Below are positions 46,108 through 55,695 of a DNA stretch of 64,000 nt, in pieces. Each line of letters opens with the position of its first letter. The stretch's first letter is position 1. Made by a program: the position numbers and the translations under genes. Source of the DNA: Acidobacteriota bacterium (GTDB lineage Bacteria; Acidobacteriota; UBA890; WLXD01); assembly GCA_965248695.1 (NCBI GenBank), contig CBDFKD010000002.1:4704001-4768000 (forward strand), read 5' to 3'. A model generated the notes under the pieces. It worked only from the letters and a program-made list of their open reading frames with translations, did no database searches and had not been told where the DNA came from.

Positions 46108-47648
46108 CCGTGCGGACTCTGCTGGTCGTCATGTTTGCGATGCTTGCCGGCATCGGTTTGTCACCCGCCCAGCAGCATGGCGATCCTCCCGATCCGACGG
46201 AGGTGTCCGACGAGCTCAAGCGCGTTTACGGACACATCGACGCCAACTTCGACACCCACGTGGACCGTCTACGCGAGTGGATCAAGATCCCCAGCATTTC
46301 GAACCTGGTGGAAGGACAGCCGGGGATCTGGGATTCCGCCGTCTTCCTGCGCGATCTGATCACGGAGGAACTCGGTTGCCAGGCGGAGATTCACCATCCT
46401 GGCATCGGTGACTGGGGAGCCCCCGGCAACCCGGTTGTTTACGGTCGCTGCGATGTCGGCGCCGACAAGACCATCATCGACTACGTCATGGCCGACGTGA
46501 TGCCGATCTGGCCCGAGGAAGACTGGCCGGCGCCCCCCTTCGGTGGGCAGATCATCGAGAAGCCCCCGTACAAGAAGGTGATGGTGGGACGCGGTGCCAG
46601 CAACCAGAAGGGTCACGAGATGGCGCAGCTCAACGCGCTGATCTCGATCAAGGCGGCGACCGGTACGCTGCCGGTGAACATGATCTTCATCGTCGATCAC
46701 GACGAGGAGCGTCAGGAGATCGGCATCCGTTCCTTCATGATGGAGCACCCGGAGCTGTTCGAGGCGGATGCGGTCTTCGGCCTCGGGGCGGGCCAGGGGG
46801 CGAACGGCCAGGGCAGGGTTGGTGGCGCAGCCTCGATCGGCAATCTGGTCTTCGATCTGGAGACCCATCCGCTCGCCGGCCTCAACGCTTCCGACGGTAT
46901 GGCACCCGGTGTCGGGCTCTGGTTACCGGAGCAACCGATGTGGCGGCACATGCAGATGCTGCAGCTGTTCGCGGAGGACTCCGAGCTGCGTCGGCAGATG
47001 GCAGAAGGGGTGATCCAACCGTCTGCCGCGGAGATGGAGTACCTCCGCCAGCGCGCCGAGTCGAGTGGCAGGAGCTTCGAGGAAATCCTCCGGGTCCGTA
47101 CCGGCGTTCGGGTGGCAATCATGGGGACCTGGGGTGGCAACATGGTGCCCGGATACGCCGGACATCACCGACCGCCGGTCGCCGCATCGAAGATCGACAT
47201 CCGCTACCCGCCGAATGTCGACGGCGAGGTCCTTGCCGAGCTGATCCGCGACTATCTCGACAATCACGACTATGCGGACGTCAAGATGAACGTCATCGGC
47301 GATGTTCCCTGGTCCTACGCCAACACGGACACCGAGATCGCCGACGCCATTCGCGCAATGTACCGCCAGTTCGGCGTTCCCTTCGAGGAGCCGCCGGCGG
47401 GGGATTTCCTCGGCACCGCAACGGCGCGCTGGCCCGACTATCTGTTCACGCGCATGCCGTTGCAGCTACCGACCGCCCGAGGCGGTCTCGGTTACGGAAC
47501 GGGAGCCCACTTCCATCCAGAGGGCGAGTATTACGTCATCGAGGGGGACGGTGAGCGAGTGTACGGGTTTGCCGGCGCGATGAAGAGCTACGCCACGACG
47601 CTTTACAACTACGCTGGTCTGAACCAGGACACGCTACCGCGAGACTGA
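46104..47648 (+). CDS. Secreted M20/M25/M40-family metallopeptidase-like protein with divergent metal site
   Basis: Signal peptide; LREWIKIPSIS, GNPVVYG, YVMADVMP, GRGASNQKG, DHDEE, SKIDIR, GAH; ATGA overlap. Confidence 0.8.
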   Translation: MTVRTLLVVMFAMLAGIGLSPAQQHGDPPDPTEVSDELKRVYGHIDANFDTHVDRLREWIKIPSISNLVEGQPGIWDSAVFLRDLITEELGCQAEIHHPGIGDWGAPGNPVVYGRCDVGADKTIIDYVMADVMPIWPEEDWPAPPFGGQIIEKPPYKKVMVGRGASNQKGHEMAQLNALISIKAATGTLPVNMIFIVDHDEERQEIGIRSFMMEHPELFEADAVFGLGAGQGANGQGRVGGAASIGNLVFDLETHPLAGLNASDGMAPGVGLWLPEQPMWRHMQMLQLFAEDSELRRQMAEGVIQPSAAEMEYLRQRAESSGRSFEEILRVRTGVRVAIMGTWGGNMVPGYAGHHRPPVAASKIDIRYPPNVDGEVLAELIRDYLDNHDYADVKMNVIGDVPWSYANTDTEIADAIRAMYRQFGVPFEEPPAGDFLGTATARWPDYLFTRMPLQLPTARGGLGYGTGAHFHPEGEYYVIEGDGERVYGFAGAMKSYATTLYNYAGLNQDTLPRD

Positions 47649-48932
47649 CTCGGGGCTTCGGCCGCCGACGGCTGCGGTCGCCAGGACCTGCCGGAAAGTG
47701 GCCAGGGCCTCGGCGAGTTGCTCCCGGGTAACGATGAGCGGCGGGATCCAGCGGATCACGTTCCCGTAGCTCCCGCAGTTGAGCAGGAGCAATTTGCGAG
47801 CCAACGATTCGGCCAGCACAGCGTCGGCCGTGCCGGCATCCGGTCTGCCTTCCGCATCGGTGAACTCGAGCCCCACCATCAGGCCGCGGCCACGCACGTC
47901 GCCGATCGCCGGGTACTCGGCCTGGAGATCAAGAAGCTCGTCCATCAGGAATGCACCTGATGTGGCCGCGTTGTCGGCCAGCTTCTCTTCGCGAAGGACG
48001 TTAATCGTCGCAACAGCGGCAGCTGCGGCCACGGCGTTGCCGCCACCGTAGGTGCCGCCATGGGTGCCAGCTGGCCATTTCTCCATCAGCTCCGCCCGCG
48101 AGGCGATGGCTGAGATCGGCATGCCGCTGCCCAGGCCCTTGCCGATGACGAGGATGTCAGGCTCGATGCCCGCCTGTTCGCAGGCGAAGAACGTCCCGGT
48201 GCGTCCGAACCCTGTCTGCACCTCGTCGAGGACCAGCAGGATCCCCTCTCGATCACAAAGGGCCCGGAGCTCCTGCAGAAACGCGGCCGGTGCCGGCACA
48301 TAGCCGCCTTCGCCGAGGACGGGTTCGATAACCAGCGCCGCCGTCTCGTCAGGCGCAGTCTGGCTATGGAGCAGCAGGTCGAGCTGCTTCAAACAGAACT
48401 CGGTCGTCCGCGATTCGTCCCAGGCGTAGGCATAGCTGGAAGGGAAGGGGGCGACGAACACGCCACCCGGCAAGGGCTGGTAGTTGTGGCGATAGACGGT
48501 CTTCGACGTCGTCATCGCCATCGTTTGGTGGGTGCGGCCGTGGAAGCTCCCCTGGAACACGACGATGTTGCGGCGGCCCGTCGCCGACCGGGCCAGCTTG
48601 ACCGCAGCCTCCACCGCCTCGGCACCACTGTTGGAGAAAAAGAAGCGGTTGAGGGGCGACGGGGTCACCTCGTTCAGCTTCCCGGCCAGCTCCACGGCAA
48701 CCGGCGGGATGACGATGTTCATCTGGCCGAAGATGAGAGCGGACGCCTGCTCCTGGATCGCCCTGACCACCACCGGATGACAGTGGCCGGTGTTGATGAC
48801 GCCGATCCCGGACGTGAAGTCGGTGTAGCGACTGCCGTCGTCGCCGTACAGGTACACTCCTTCGCCGCGCACCGGCTGCAGGGTCGTCAAGTGCGTCCAG
48901 ACGGGCGAAAGCAATTCGGTCGTTGGAGTCAT
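47634..48932 (-). CDS. Class III PLP aminotransferase (4-aminobutyrate aminotransferase-like)
   Basis: NSGAEAVE, SFHGRT, EPVLGEGG, DEVQTGFGRTG, GKGLGSG, HGGTYGG. Confidence 0.93.
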   Translation of the reverse strand: MTPTTELLSPVWTHLTTLQPVRGEGVYLYGDDGSRYTDFTSGIGVINTGHCHPVVVRAIQEQASALIFGQMNIVIPPVAVELAGKLNEVTPSPLNRFFFSNSGAEAVEAAVKLARSATGRRNIVVFQGSFHGRTHQTMAMTTSKTVYRHNYQPLPGGVFVAPFPSSYAYAWDESRTTEFCLKQLDLLLHSQTAPDETAALVIEPVLGEGGYVPAPAAFLQELRALCDREGILLVLDEVQTGFGRTGTFFACEQAGIEPDILVIGKGLGSGMPISAIASRAELMEKWPAGTHGGTYGGGNAVAAAAAVATINVLREEKLADNAATSGAFLMDELLDLQAEYPAIGDVRGRGLMVGLEFTDAEGRPDAGTADAVLAESLARKLLLLNCGSYGNVIRWIPPLIVTREQLAEALATFRQVLATAAVGGRSPESVSR

Positions 48933-49759
48933 CTTGTTTGCCCTCCCATCTCGGCGATGAAGGCCAGCGTGTGCTCCGTCACCTCGTCAGTGACCGACAT
49001 GTGGCCACGGTCCTCGTAGTGGACGAAGCGGTGGTGAACGCCCGCAGCCTCGAGTGCGGCTGCCATGTCCACGGCCTGCTGGACTGGCACGGATCGGTCG
49101 TCATCCGAGTGCACGATGAGGATCGGCCTGGTCGCGGGACCGATCTGGTGGATCGGCGACGCGATCTTCCGCGCCTCGTGGATGTCGCCCTCGACCGGTG
49201 TCCAGAGGTTCCCCCACGACAGTGTGTTCAGGTCGTACGGACCGGCGGCGCTGATGACGGCCCGCACATCGCTCCTGGCTTCCTCCCAACCGCCGACCCG
49301 CTCGTAGGGTCCCTCGCCCAGGGTGGCCACCAGGGCCACGAGGTGGCCTCCCGAGGAGTTGCCGATCAGGTAGATGCGATCTTGATCGATGCCGTACTCG
49401 TCGGCGTGCGCGTGTACCCAGCGAATTGCCGTCTGCACATCCTGATAGCCAGCCGGCGCGGGCGAAGCGCCAACCAAGCGGTAGTCGATCGTCATGGCGA
49501 AGAAGCCCCGACCGGCCCACTCGGCGACATGGAGCCCGTTGTCGTTGACGCGCTGGCCGCCGCGCCACCGACCTCCGTGCACGTACATGATGACGGGCAG
49601 ATTCTCGCCGTCGACCGGGTAGGCGATGTCCGCCAGGACGGCCGAGCCCAGCGTGCGGCTGTAGATAACGTCCGTTTCTACGGCTACCGGTACCTGCGCC
49701 AGCGCAACAGTCGGTGCCAGGTGCATCAGCACTACGAGCGTGATGATCGATCTCGACAT
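48929..49759 (-). CDS. Secreted alpha/beta hydrolase (HSL/BD-FAE-like esterase)
   Basis: Signal peptide; VHGGRW, GNSSGGHL, HSDDDRSVP, RGH; GGGAGG upstream. Confidence 0.9.
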   Translation of the reverse strand: MSRSIITLVVLMHLAPTVALAQVPVAVETDVIYSRTLGSAVLADIAYPVDGENLPVIMYVHGGRWRGGQRVNDNGLHVAEWAGRGFFAMTIDYRLVGASPAPAGYQDVQTAIRWVHAHADEYGIDQDRIYLIGNSSGGHLVALVATLGEGPYERVGGWEEARSDVRAVISAAGPYDLNTLSWGNLWTPVEGDIHEARKIASPIHQIGPATRPILIVHSDDDRSVPVQQAVDMAAALEAAGVHHRFVHYEDRGHMSVTDEVTEHTLAFIAEMGGQTR

Positions 49760-49935
49760 TCCGGCCTCCCGTTCGTTCGTTGTCTTCCGAATGCTAGCGA
49801 ATCGTAGCTTCCGGACAAGGGCAACGCGGAAAGCCCCGGCGACAAGCGGTAGCACCGTGGCGTTCAACGAACGCGCCCACTACTATCCGGCAAAGCCTCG
49901 ACGCCCGCGCAAGCGAAGACGAACGTGATGCCGTC

Positions 49936-52155
49936 ATGAGCAGTTCATCGGATGTTCAAACAGATCCCCGGATCACCCGGCGAGGGTTCCTGCAGGCGAC
50001 GGCGGGGCTGACGTTCGCATTTGTGGCCGGTCCGCCTCCGGATGGCTCCGCTGCGTCGTCGGTAGCGGCAGAGACTCTGGCGCCCAACATCTGGGTCAAC
50101 ATCGCGCCGGATGGAATCATCACCATCGTCAATCCGGCTGCCGAGATGGGCCAGGGAACGATGACGGCGCTGCCGATCATCCTTGCCGAGGAGCTCGATG
50201 CGGATTGGAGTGACGTTCGGATCGAGCTGTCGCCCTCCGACGACGAGGTGTACGGGAATCCTGGGTACGTCGGCATTCTTCGCACCGGGGCAAGCGCCAC
50301 GGTCGCCGGCTACTACGACACGCTGCGATTGCACGGAGCGCAGGCACGTCGGGTGCTTCTCGACAGCGCTGCGACCAGGTGGGGCGTGCCGGTGGAGGAA
50401 CTCACTACCGAGCCCAGCGTAGTCGTTCACGCCAAGAGCGGCCGCAGGCTGCGCTACGGAGAGGTGGCCGGATTCACGACCATGCCCTCGGAACCACCCG
50501 ACATCGAGCCGGGCGACCTCAAAGATCCGGCCGACTTCCGGCTCATCGGCCATGATCTTCCCCGTGCGGACATCCCGGAGAAGGTGGACGGAACGGCGCA
50601 GTACAGCATCGACGTGCGTGTGCCGGAAATGGTCTACGCGACGGTGCTGCGGCCGCCGGTCATGGGGGCTCTGCCGGAGCAAGTCTCGGAGGGCGAGGCG
50701 CGCAGCGTACCGGGTGTCCTGGAGATCGTAAGGCTCCCCTACGGGATCGGTGTGGTCAGCGAGACCATCGAGGGGGCGCTTACCGCGGCGGGCCAGGTCG
50801 AGATCGAGTGGCAGCAGGTAGAGGGCTCGACCTTCGACAGCGACGCAGAGCTCGAGGCCCAAGCTCATCGGGCGCGTGAGTTGAGCCGCGATGGTGCCAG
50901 TCCCGAGGATCGAGAAGTAGAGAGCGCCCTCGCTGCCGCACCCCACCGTTACGAGTCCGAGTACAGCACCGAGTTCGTCTATCAAGCCCAAATGGAACCG
51001 CTGAACGCGGTGGCATGGGTCAAAGACAATGGACAACGAGCCGAGGTCTGGGCCGGATCGCAAACGCCGACGTATCTGCTTCGCACCGCCTCCAAGACGC
51101 TCGGGATCCCGATGGAGGACATCACGCTCCACAGGATGTATCTCGGTGGCGGGTTTGGTCGCAGGTCCGACATGAGGCACGAGTACGTCGTCGACGCCTT
51201 GTTGCTATCGCGCGCGGTAGGCAAGCCGGTCAAGCTCGTCTGGAGCCGCGAGGACGATGTGCGATACGGGCACTTCAAGCCCAGTAGCGCACACTATCTA
51301 CAGGCCGGTGTCGACGCCCAGGATCGGGTGACGGCATGGGAACACCGGAGTGTCTCGGACAATGTTCAGGCACAGGCCGACCCCTACATCAGAGAGCTGC
51401 GGCAACGGGTCAGCCAGGAGACCTTGGACGCGACCACCTTCAGCCGCAATCGAGGCTTGGGTCTCTATGATTTCGCACACCGACGAAGACAGAACGAATA
51501 CCGTGCCTTGCCGGTGCGGCTCGGCTGGATGCGAGGCGTCAACACGCTCCTGAGCGAGTTTGCGGCCGAGTCGCTGGTCGACGAGATCGCCGCCGACAGG
51601 AGTCTGGATCCGATCGAGTTCCGCCTGGCGCATCTGCACGAGCCTCTGGCGCGGAGGGTGCTGAACACCGTTGGCGAGATGGCCAACTGGACGGATCCCG
51701 GGGACCGAGCGCTCGGTGTCTCCTACGTGGCGTCTTTCGGATGCGTGATGGCAACCGTCGCACAGGTATCGGTCGATCCCGACAGCGGATGGATCCGTGT
51801 CCCCGACATCTGGGTCGCGGTCGATATCGGTATCCCGGTGCAGCCATTCAACTGCGTCGGCCAGATAGAAAGCTGTGTGGTGTATGCGCTCAGCAACGCG
51901 CTGACCGAGCGCATCTCTTTCAAGGACGGGCGCGTGCAGGAGTCCAACTTCCACGACTATCCAGTGCTCACCATGGAGGACACGCCGCAGATCCACGTCC
52001 GCGTGTTGCGCTCGGAGAGACCGCCGACGGGGGTCGGAGACCGCTCCGGCCTCGGGGTGGCACCTGCAGTGGCCAGTGCCTTTGCCCGCCTGACCGGTCG
52101 AAGACTGCGACACATGCCCATGACCCCCGAACACGTCTTGCAGGCGTTGGCGTAA
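49936..52155 (+). CDS. Tat-exported xanthine oxidase-family molybdoenzyme large subunit (IorB-like)
   Basis: TRRGFLQ; AEMGQG..LAEELDADW; MEPLNA; LGGGFGRR; WSREDD; SNFHDY. Confidence 0.92.
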   Translation: MSSSSDVQTDPRITRRGFLQATAGLTFAFVAGPPPDGSAASSVAAETLAPNIWVNIAPDGIITIVNPAAEMGQGTMTALPIILAEELDADWSDVRIELSPSDDEVYGNPGYVGILRTGASATVAGYYDTLRLHGAQARRVLLDSAATRWGVPVEELTTEPSVVVHAKSGRRLRYGEVAGFTTMPSEPPDIEPGDLKDPADFRLIGHDLPRADIPEKVDGTAQYSIDVRVPEMVYATVLRPPVMGALPEQVSEGEARSVPGVLEIVRLPYGIGVVSETIEGALTAAGQVEIEWQQVEGSTFDSDAELEAQAHRARELSRDGASPEDREVESALAAAPHRYESEYSTEFVYQAQMEPLNAVAWVKDNGQRAEVWAGSQTPTYLLRTASKTLGIPMEDITLHRMYLGGGFGRRSDMRHEYVVDALLLSRAVGKPVKLVWSREDDVRYGHFKPSSAHYLQAGVDAQDRVTAWEHRSVSDNVQAQADPYIRELRQRVSQETLDATTFSRNRGLGLYDFAHRRRQNEYRALPVRLGWMRGVNTLLSEFAAESLVDEIAADRSLDPIEFRLAHLHEPLARRVLNTVGEMANWTDPGDRALGVSYVASFGCVMATVAQVSVDPDSGWIRVPDIWVAVDIGIPVQPFNCVGQIESCVVYALSNALTERISFKDGRVQESNFHDYPVLTMEDTPQIHVRVLRSERPPTGVGDRSGLGVAPAVASAFARLTGRRLRHMPMTPEHVLQALA

Positions 52156-52181
52156 CCGGCGCAGCTCATCCGGAGGTTTCG

Positions 52182-52646
52182 ATGCAGTTCACCCTCATGG
52201 TCAATGGCAATGAGCAAACCGTTGAGGCTGAACCTGACACCCCCCTCCTTTGGGTGTTGCGTGAGCACATCGGGTTGACGGGCACGAAGTTCGGGTGCGG
52301 GATCGGCATGTGCATGGCCTGCACGGTCCACCTGACCGGCGAACGAGCCCTGAGTTGCCAGACGCCGATCAGCGCGGCTGCCGACCAGAAGGTCACGACC
52401 ATCGAGGGCCTCGCGGCCATGCAGCATGCACTGCTGGCGGCATGGGTCGAGGAGCAAGTGCCCCAGTGCGGCTACTGCCAGCCGGGAATGATCATGAACG
52501 CGGCCGATCTGTTGAGCAAGAATGACAACCCCAGTCGCGAGGACATCGTTACCCACATGAGAAACATCTGCCGTTGTGGAACCTATCCGCGGGTGATCCG
52601 CGCCATCGAACGAGTGGCCGCGGAGCCTACTCGGGAGCTTCCGTGA
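52182..52646 (+). CDS. 2 x [2Fe-2S] small subunit (IorA-like)
   Basis: GTKFGCGIGMCMACTV..SC; QCGYCQPG..NICRCG; GGAGG upstream. Confidence 0.95.
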   Translation: MQFTLMVNGNEQTVEAEPDTPLLWVLREHIGLTGTKFGCGIGMCMACTVHLTGERALSCQTPISAAADQKVTTIEGLAAMQHALLAAWVEEQVPQCGYCQPGMIMNAADLLSKNDNPSREDIVTHMRNICRCGTYPRVIRAIERVAAEPTRELP

Positions 52647-53107
52647 GCGTTTCGACGGGGATCAGACATCCGCTGTGGGTCGTGGCCTGGAGTGTCAAGC
52701 AGTCCCTGCTGGTCGTGATCGCGACGCTTGCCGGCGTCGGCTTCGTGGCCGGACAGGAACACGTTGACCCGCAGCAAATCCTTCGCGACTACGTGGCCGC
52801 GTGGAACGAGGACGATGCGTCGACGCGCGGCGAGATGCTCGCTCGTTCCTTCGCTGACGACGGCATCTACACCGATCCAACGGCGTGGGTCGCCGGGCGC
52901 TCGGCGCTTGTCGAGCACATCGGCGGCTTCCTGTCAGCGTCCCCCGGTAGCTCGCTTTCGTTGATCGAAGAACCGGAGCTGCACCACGGGCACGGACGCT
53001 TCGAATGGTCTCTGAGGACGGCGGCAGGCGAGGAGATGGTCCGCGGGGTGGATTTCGTCACGTTTGCCCCCGACGGCCGCATCGCGAAGATCGTGGGCTT
53101 CTTCTAG
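52643..53107 (+). CDS. SnoaL/NTF2-like protein with N-terminal signal or anchor
   Basis: YVAAWNE, YTDP, GRSAL, RFEW, GVDFV..DGRIAKIVGFF; GTGA overlap; start uncertain. Confidence 0.8.
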   Translation: MSVSTGIRHPLWVVAWSVKQSLLVVIATLAGVGFVAGQEHVDPQQILRDYVAAWNEDDASTRGEMLARSFADDGIYTDPTAWVAGRSALVEHIGGFLSASPGSSLSLIEEPELHHGHGRFEWSLRTAAGEEMVRGVDFVTFAPDGRIAKIVGFF

Positions 53108-54472
53108 CTATCGATCTGGTGCGCGCCTGACACTGCCTGGCCAGAGGATGGCGTGGTCGTCGATCGTCAGCCCTCCCGTCTTCGGGTCAACGCTACCCAC
53201 CGAAACGAAATCGACCGTCTTGCCGTCCGCCTTGTATCCGTGGCTGTTGAAAATCTGCACCGGCATGTTGGCGCGATCGTTGGTGCCCGGGACGAGCGCT
53301 ACGTGACCGGTGGCTCCTTCGAAGTCCATCTGGCGCAGGTATGGCATGAGGTTGCGGCCATTCACCTCCTGACCGGCTGCTTTGACGTCGCGGATGGCGT
53401 AGCCCACCGCCAGCATGTGGTCGTAGCTCAACGCTCCGTAGGCGAACGCTTTCGACGTCGGGTCGACGGTTCTGCCGAGGCGTTTCTCGAGCGCCGTCTT
53501 GAAGCGTGAAAGCGTCGGCGACGGGATGAGCTGGTTCATGGGAGCGAAGTACCCCAGGCTTCCGGACACGGCTGCCGGCGCCTCGTCTCCCGAGATCATC
53601 TCGGCGGCGTAGAACGAGTAGCCCGGCGCGTTCATGCCGAGCTCATGCAGCGCCCGGAACATCGTCACGGTGTCCGGCGTCGGGCTGGTGTTGAAGATGT
53701 GCTTGATGCCGGCCTGCCGAACGCTCGTCACATGCGCTTTGATCGTCTCGTACGACGTGTCACGCGGGTAGCCGTATTCCTGGGCGATTTGGATGCCCCT
53801 GGCCTTCGTAGCCTGATGGACGACGTTCCTGGCCCCGAGTCCCCAGGCATCGGTCGTATGGAAGTACGCAATCTCATCAACCCCGAAATACGCCGCGACG
53901 TCGATGAGGTAACCGTCGTATTGCTCGCTCGGAGTGACCACGCGCACGAAGTAGGGGAACTCTTCCGGCGACGAGAGCATCGAGGCGTTGGCACCGGTAG
54001 AGATGACCGGAACCTCGTATCTCTCGCCAACCCTGGCGATCTCCACTGCGGGGCCGCTACAGTCCGCACCCGTGAGAACGAGGATTCCCTTCCTCATGAG
54101 CGTCTCCGCCATGAGCGCTGCGTTCTCCGGCCAGCAGTGGTAGTCGATCGTGTTCTCGTCGGTCATGCGCAGGCGGTCGTCACCCAGCATGCCTGAGGCG
54201 TTGATCTCCTCGATGGCGAGCCGTGCGCCGTGGCGCTCGAAGTCCCCCCAATCGGCATAACGGCCGTCGCGGTAGTGATAGGTGTACATGCCGCCGAGAT
54301 CGTAGATTTGGGCCGCGCCTCCGGAATCGTGGGCTTCGGCCGCGCTCGAGGAGGGGAGGAGCGCCGTCAGTAGCAGCAACGCAGAGGCTACGCTCCTTGC
54401 GCCCCTCGTTGGATCCTGCCGGCGCTGACGATACGCTGCACGCGCTCGTGTTCCACGGATCGGTATTTCCAT
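53108..54472 (-). CDS. Periplasmic binding protein type I (ANF-receptor/Venus flytrap-like), stand-alone
   Basis: Signal peptide; LAIEEIN, GADCSG, VPVIS..A..LSSPEEFPYFVRV, YD, FEGATG. Start uncertain. Confidence 0.82.
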   Translation of the reverse strand: MEIPIRGTRARAAYRQRRQDPTRGARSVASALLLLTALLPSSSAAEAHDSGGAAQIYDLGGMYTYHYRDGRYADWGDFERHGARLAIEEINASGMLGDDRLRMTDENTIDYHCWPENAALMAETLMRKGILVLTGADCSGPAVEIARVGERYEVPVISTGANASMLSSPEEFPYFVRVVTPSEQYDGYLIDVAAYFGVDEIAYFHTTDAWGLGARNVVHQATKARGIQIAQEYGYPRDTSYETIKAHVTSVRQAGIKHIFNTSPTPDTVTMFRALHELGMNAPGYSFYAAEMISGDEAPAAVSGSLGYFAPMNQLIPSPTLSRFKTALEKRLGRTVDPTSKAFAYGALSYDHMLAVGYAIRDVKAAGQEVNGRNLMPYLRQMDFEGATGHVALVPGTNDRANMPVQIFNSHGYKADGKTVDFVSVGSVDPKTGGLTIDDHAILWPGSVRRAPDR

Positions 54473-54531
54473 GCGACGGAACAATCGACTAGACCTCTAC
54501 CAAGTTGTCGAGAAGCCGCGGCGCTCGGGGC

Positions 54532-55650
54532 TCAGGCGGGTGCCGGCTCCGTGACAATGATCTCCTCGATCGCCGCGAGCGCCTGCGCGAGGAGCTCGGG
54601 CGCGGTGGCCCCGAAGGCGACGCGGAAGTGTTCCGGGTGGCCGAAACAGTCGCCGGGCGACAGGAGGATCCCCGCAGCTGCCAGCTGCTCGCAGAGTGGA
54701 CGGGCCGACGGTTCGTCGACGACCCATGGAAACGCGATCAGTCCCCCCGCCGGCTCGACCCATTGGAATCGGTCGGAGTGACGGTCGAAGAACGCCCGTA
54801 AGACGGGGAGATTTCGGCTGCCGACCGACTGTGCGCGGGCCAGCACACGCTGGCGCTGTCGCAGGGCGATCGCCGACAGTCGCTCTGACAGGGGCGGCGT
54901 GGAAATCGTGAAGAACCCCCGAAGGTCGAAGTAGCTTTTCCGGCGTTCCGGATTCGCGTCGACGATCCAGCCGAGTCGCAGCCCGGCCATCGACATGGCC
55001 TTGGACATGTCCCCGACTACAACCGCGCCCTCGACGGCGGCACCCGACGCCGATGTTCCGGTGTGCGTGATCGGGTGCTGCACCTGGTCGATCGACAGCA
55101 CTGCGCCGCACTTGGCCGCAGCATCGTGGATGGCACGCATGTCAGTCGTGCTGACGGTCGCGCCTGTGGGGTTGTGGGGAGTATTGACGATGACCAGGCC
55201 CGTGCGGTCGTCGATGAGGTCGATCACGACCTGCGGATCCAGCCGGAAGCCGTCGTTGCGGCTCAGCCGATACGGTCGCGGCTCTTGGTCGAAGATCTCC
55301 GGCAGCGCACCGAAGCTCGGATACCCGGGATCCGGAAACACGACGTTGCCACCGGGCGAAGCACAGGCCGCAACCAGTATCGCCAGACCCTCGGCGGCGC
55401 CGGAGGTGATGCGAACGTGGTCCGGGGCGGAGTCGGTGTGCGCCGCGACCGCGTTGCGAAGCTCGTCGGAACCGGTGACAGGCGCGTAGGTGAGTGCGTC
55501 GTCGGCGAGAGCGTCAGGGGTGAGATCCTCGAGAGCAAGCAGCTCGGAAAGCGTCCAAACCGGCCCGGTGCTGCCGGACAGGTTGAAGCGCAGCGGGCGT
55601 GCCTCATGCTGGTGCATCCACACTTCGAGCGCGAAGGTCGGAATGGACAA
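54532..55650 (-). CDS. Class I/II PLP aminotransferase
   Basis: TSGAAEGL, NTPHNPTG, GDMSKAMSMAGLRLGW, HFRVAF; GAGG upstream of TTG. Confidence 0.9.
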   Translation of the reverse strand: MSIPTFALEVWMHQHEARPLRFNLSGSTGPVWTLSELLALEDLTPDALADDALTYAPVTGSDELRNAVAAHTDSAPDHVRITSGAAEGLAILVAACASPGGNVVFPDPGYPSFGALPEIFDQEPRPYRLSRNDGFRLDPQVVIDLIDDRTGLVIVNTPHNPTGATVSTTDMRAIHDAAAKCGAVLSIDQVQHPITHTGTSASGAAVEGAVVVGDMSKAMSMAGLRLGWIVDANPERRKSYFDLRGFFTISTPPLSERLSAIALRQRQRVLARAQSVGSRNLPVLRAFFDRHSDRFQWVEPAGGLIAFPWVVDEPSARPLCEQLAAAGILLSPGDCFGHPEHFRVAFGATAPELLAQALAAIEEIIVTEPAPA

Positions 55651-55695
55651 TCGGCACCTCTGCCGTCGTCTTGGCCCCTCGATGCTCTTGGCGAG

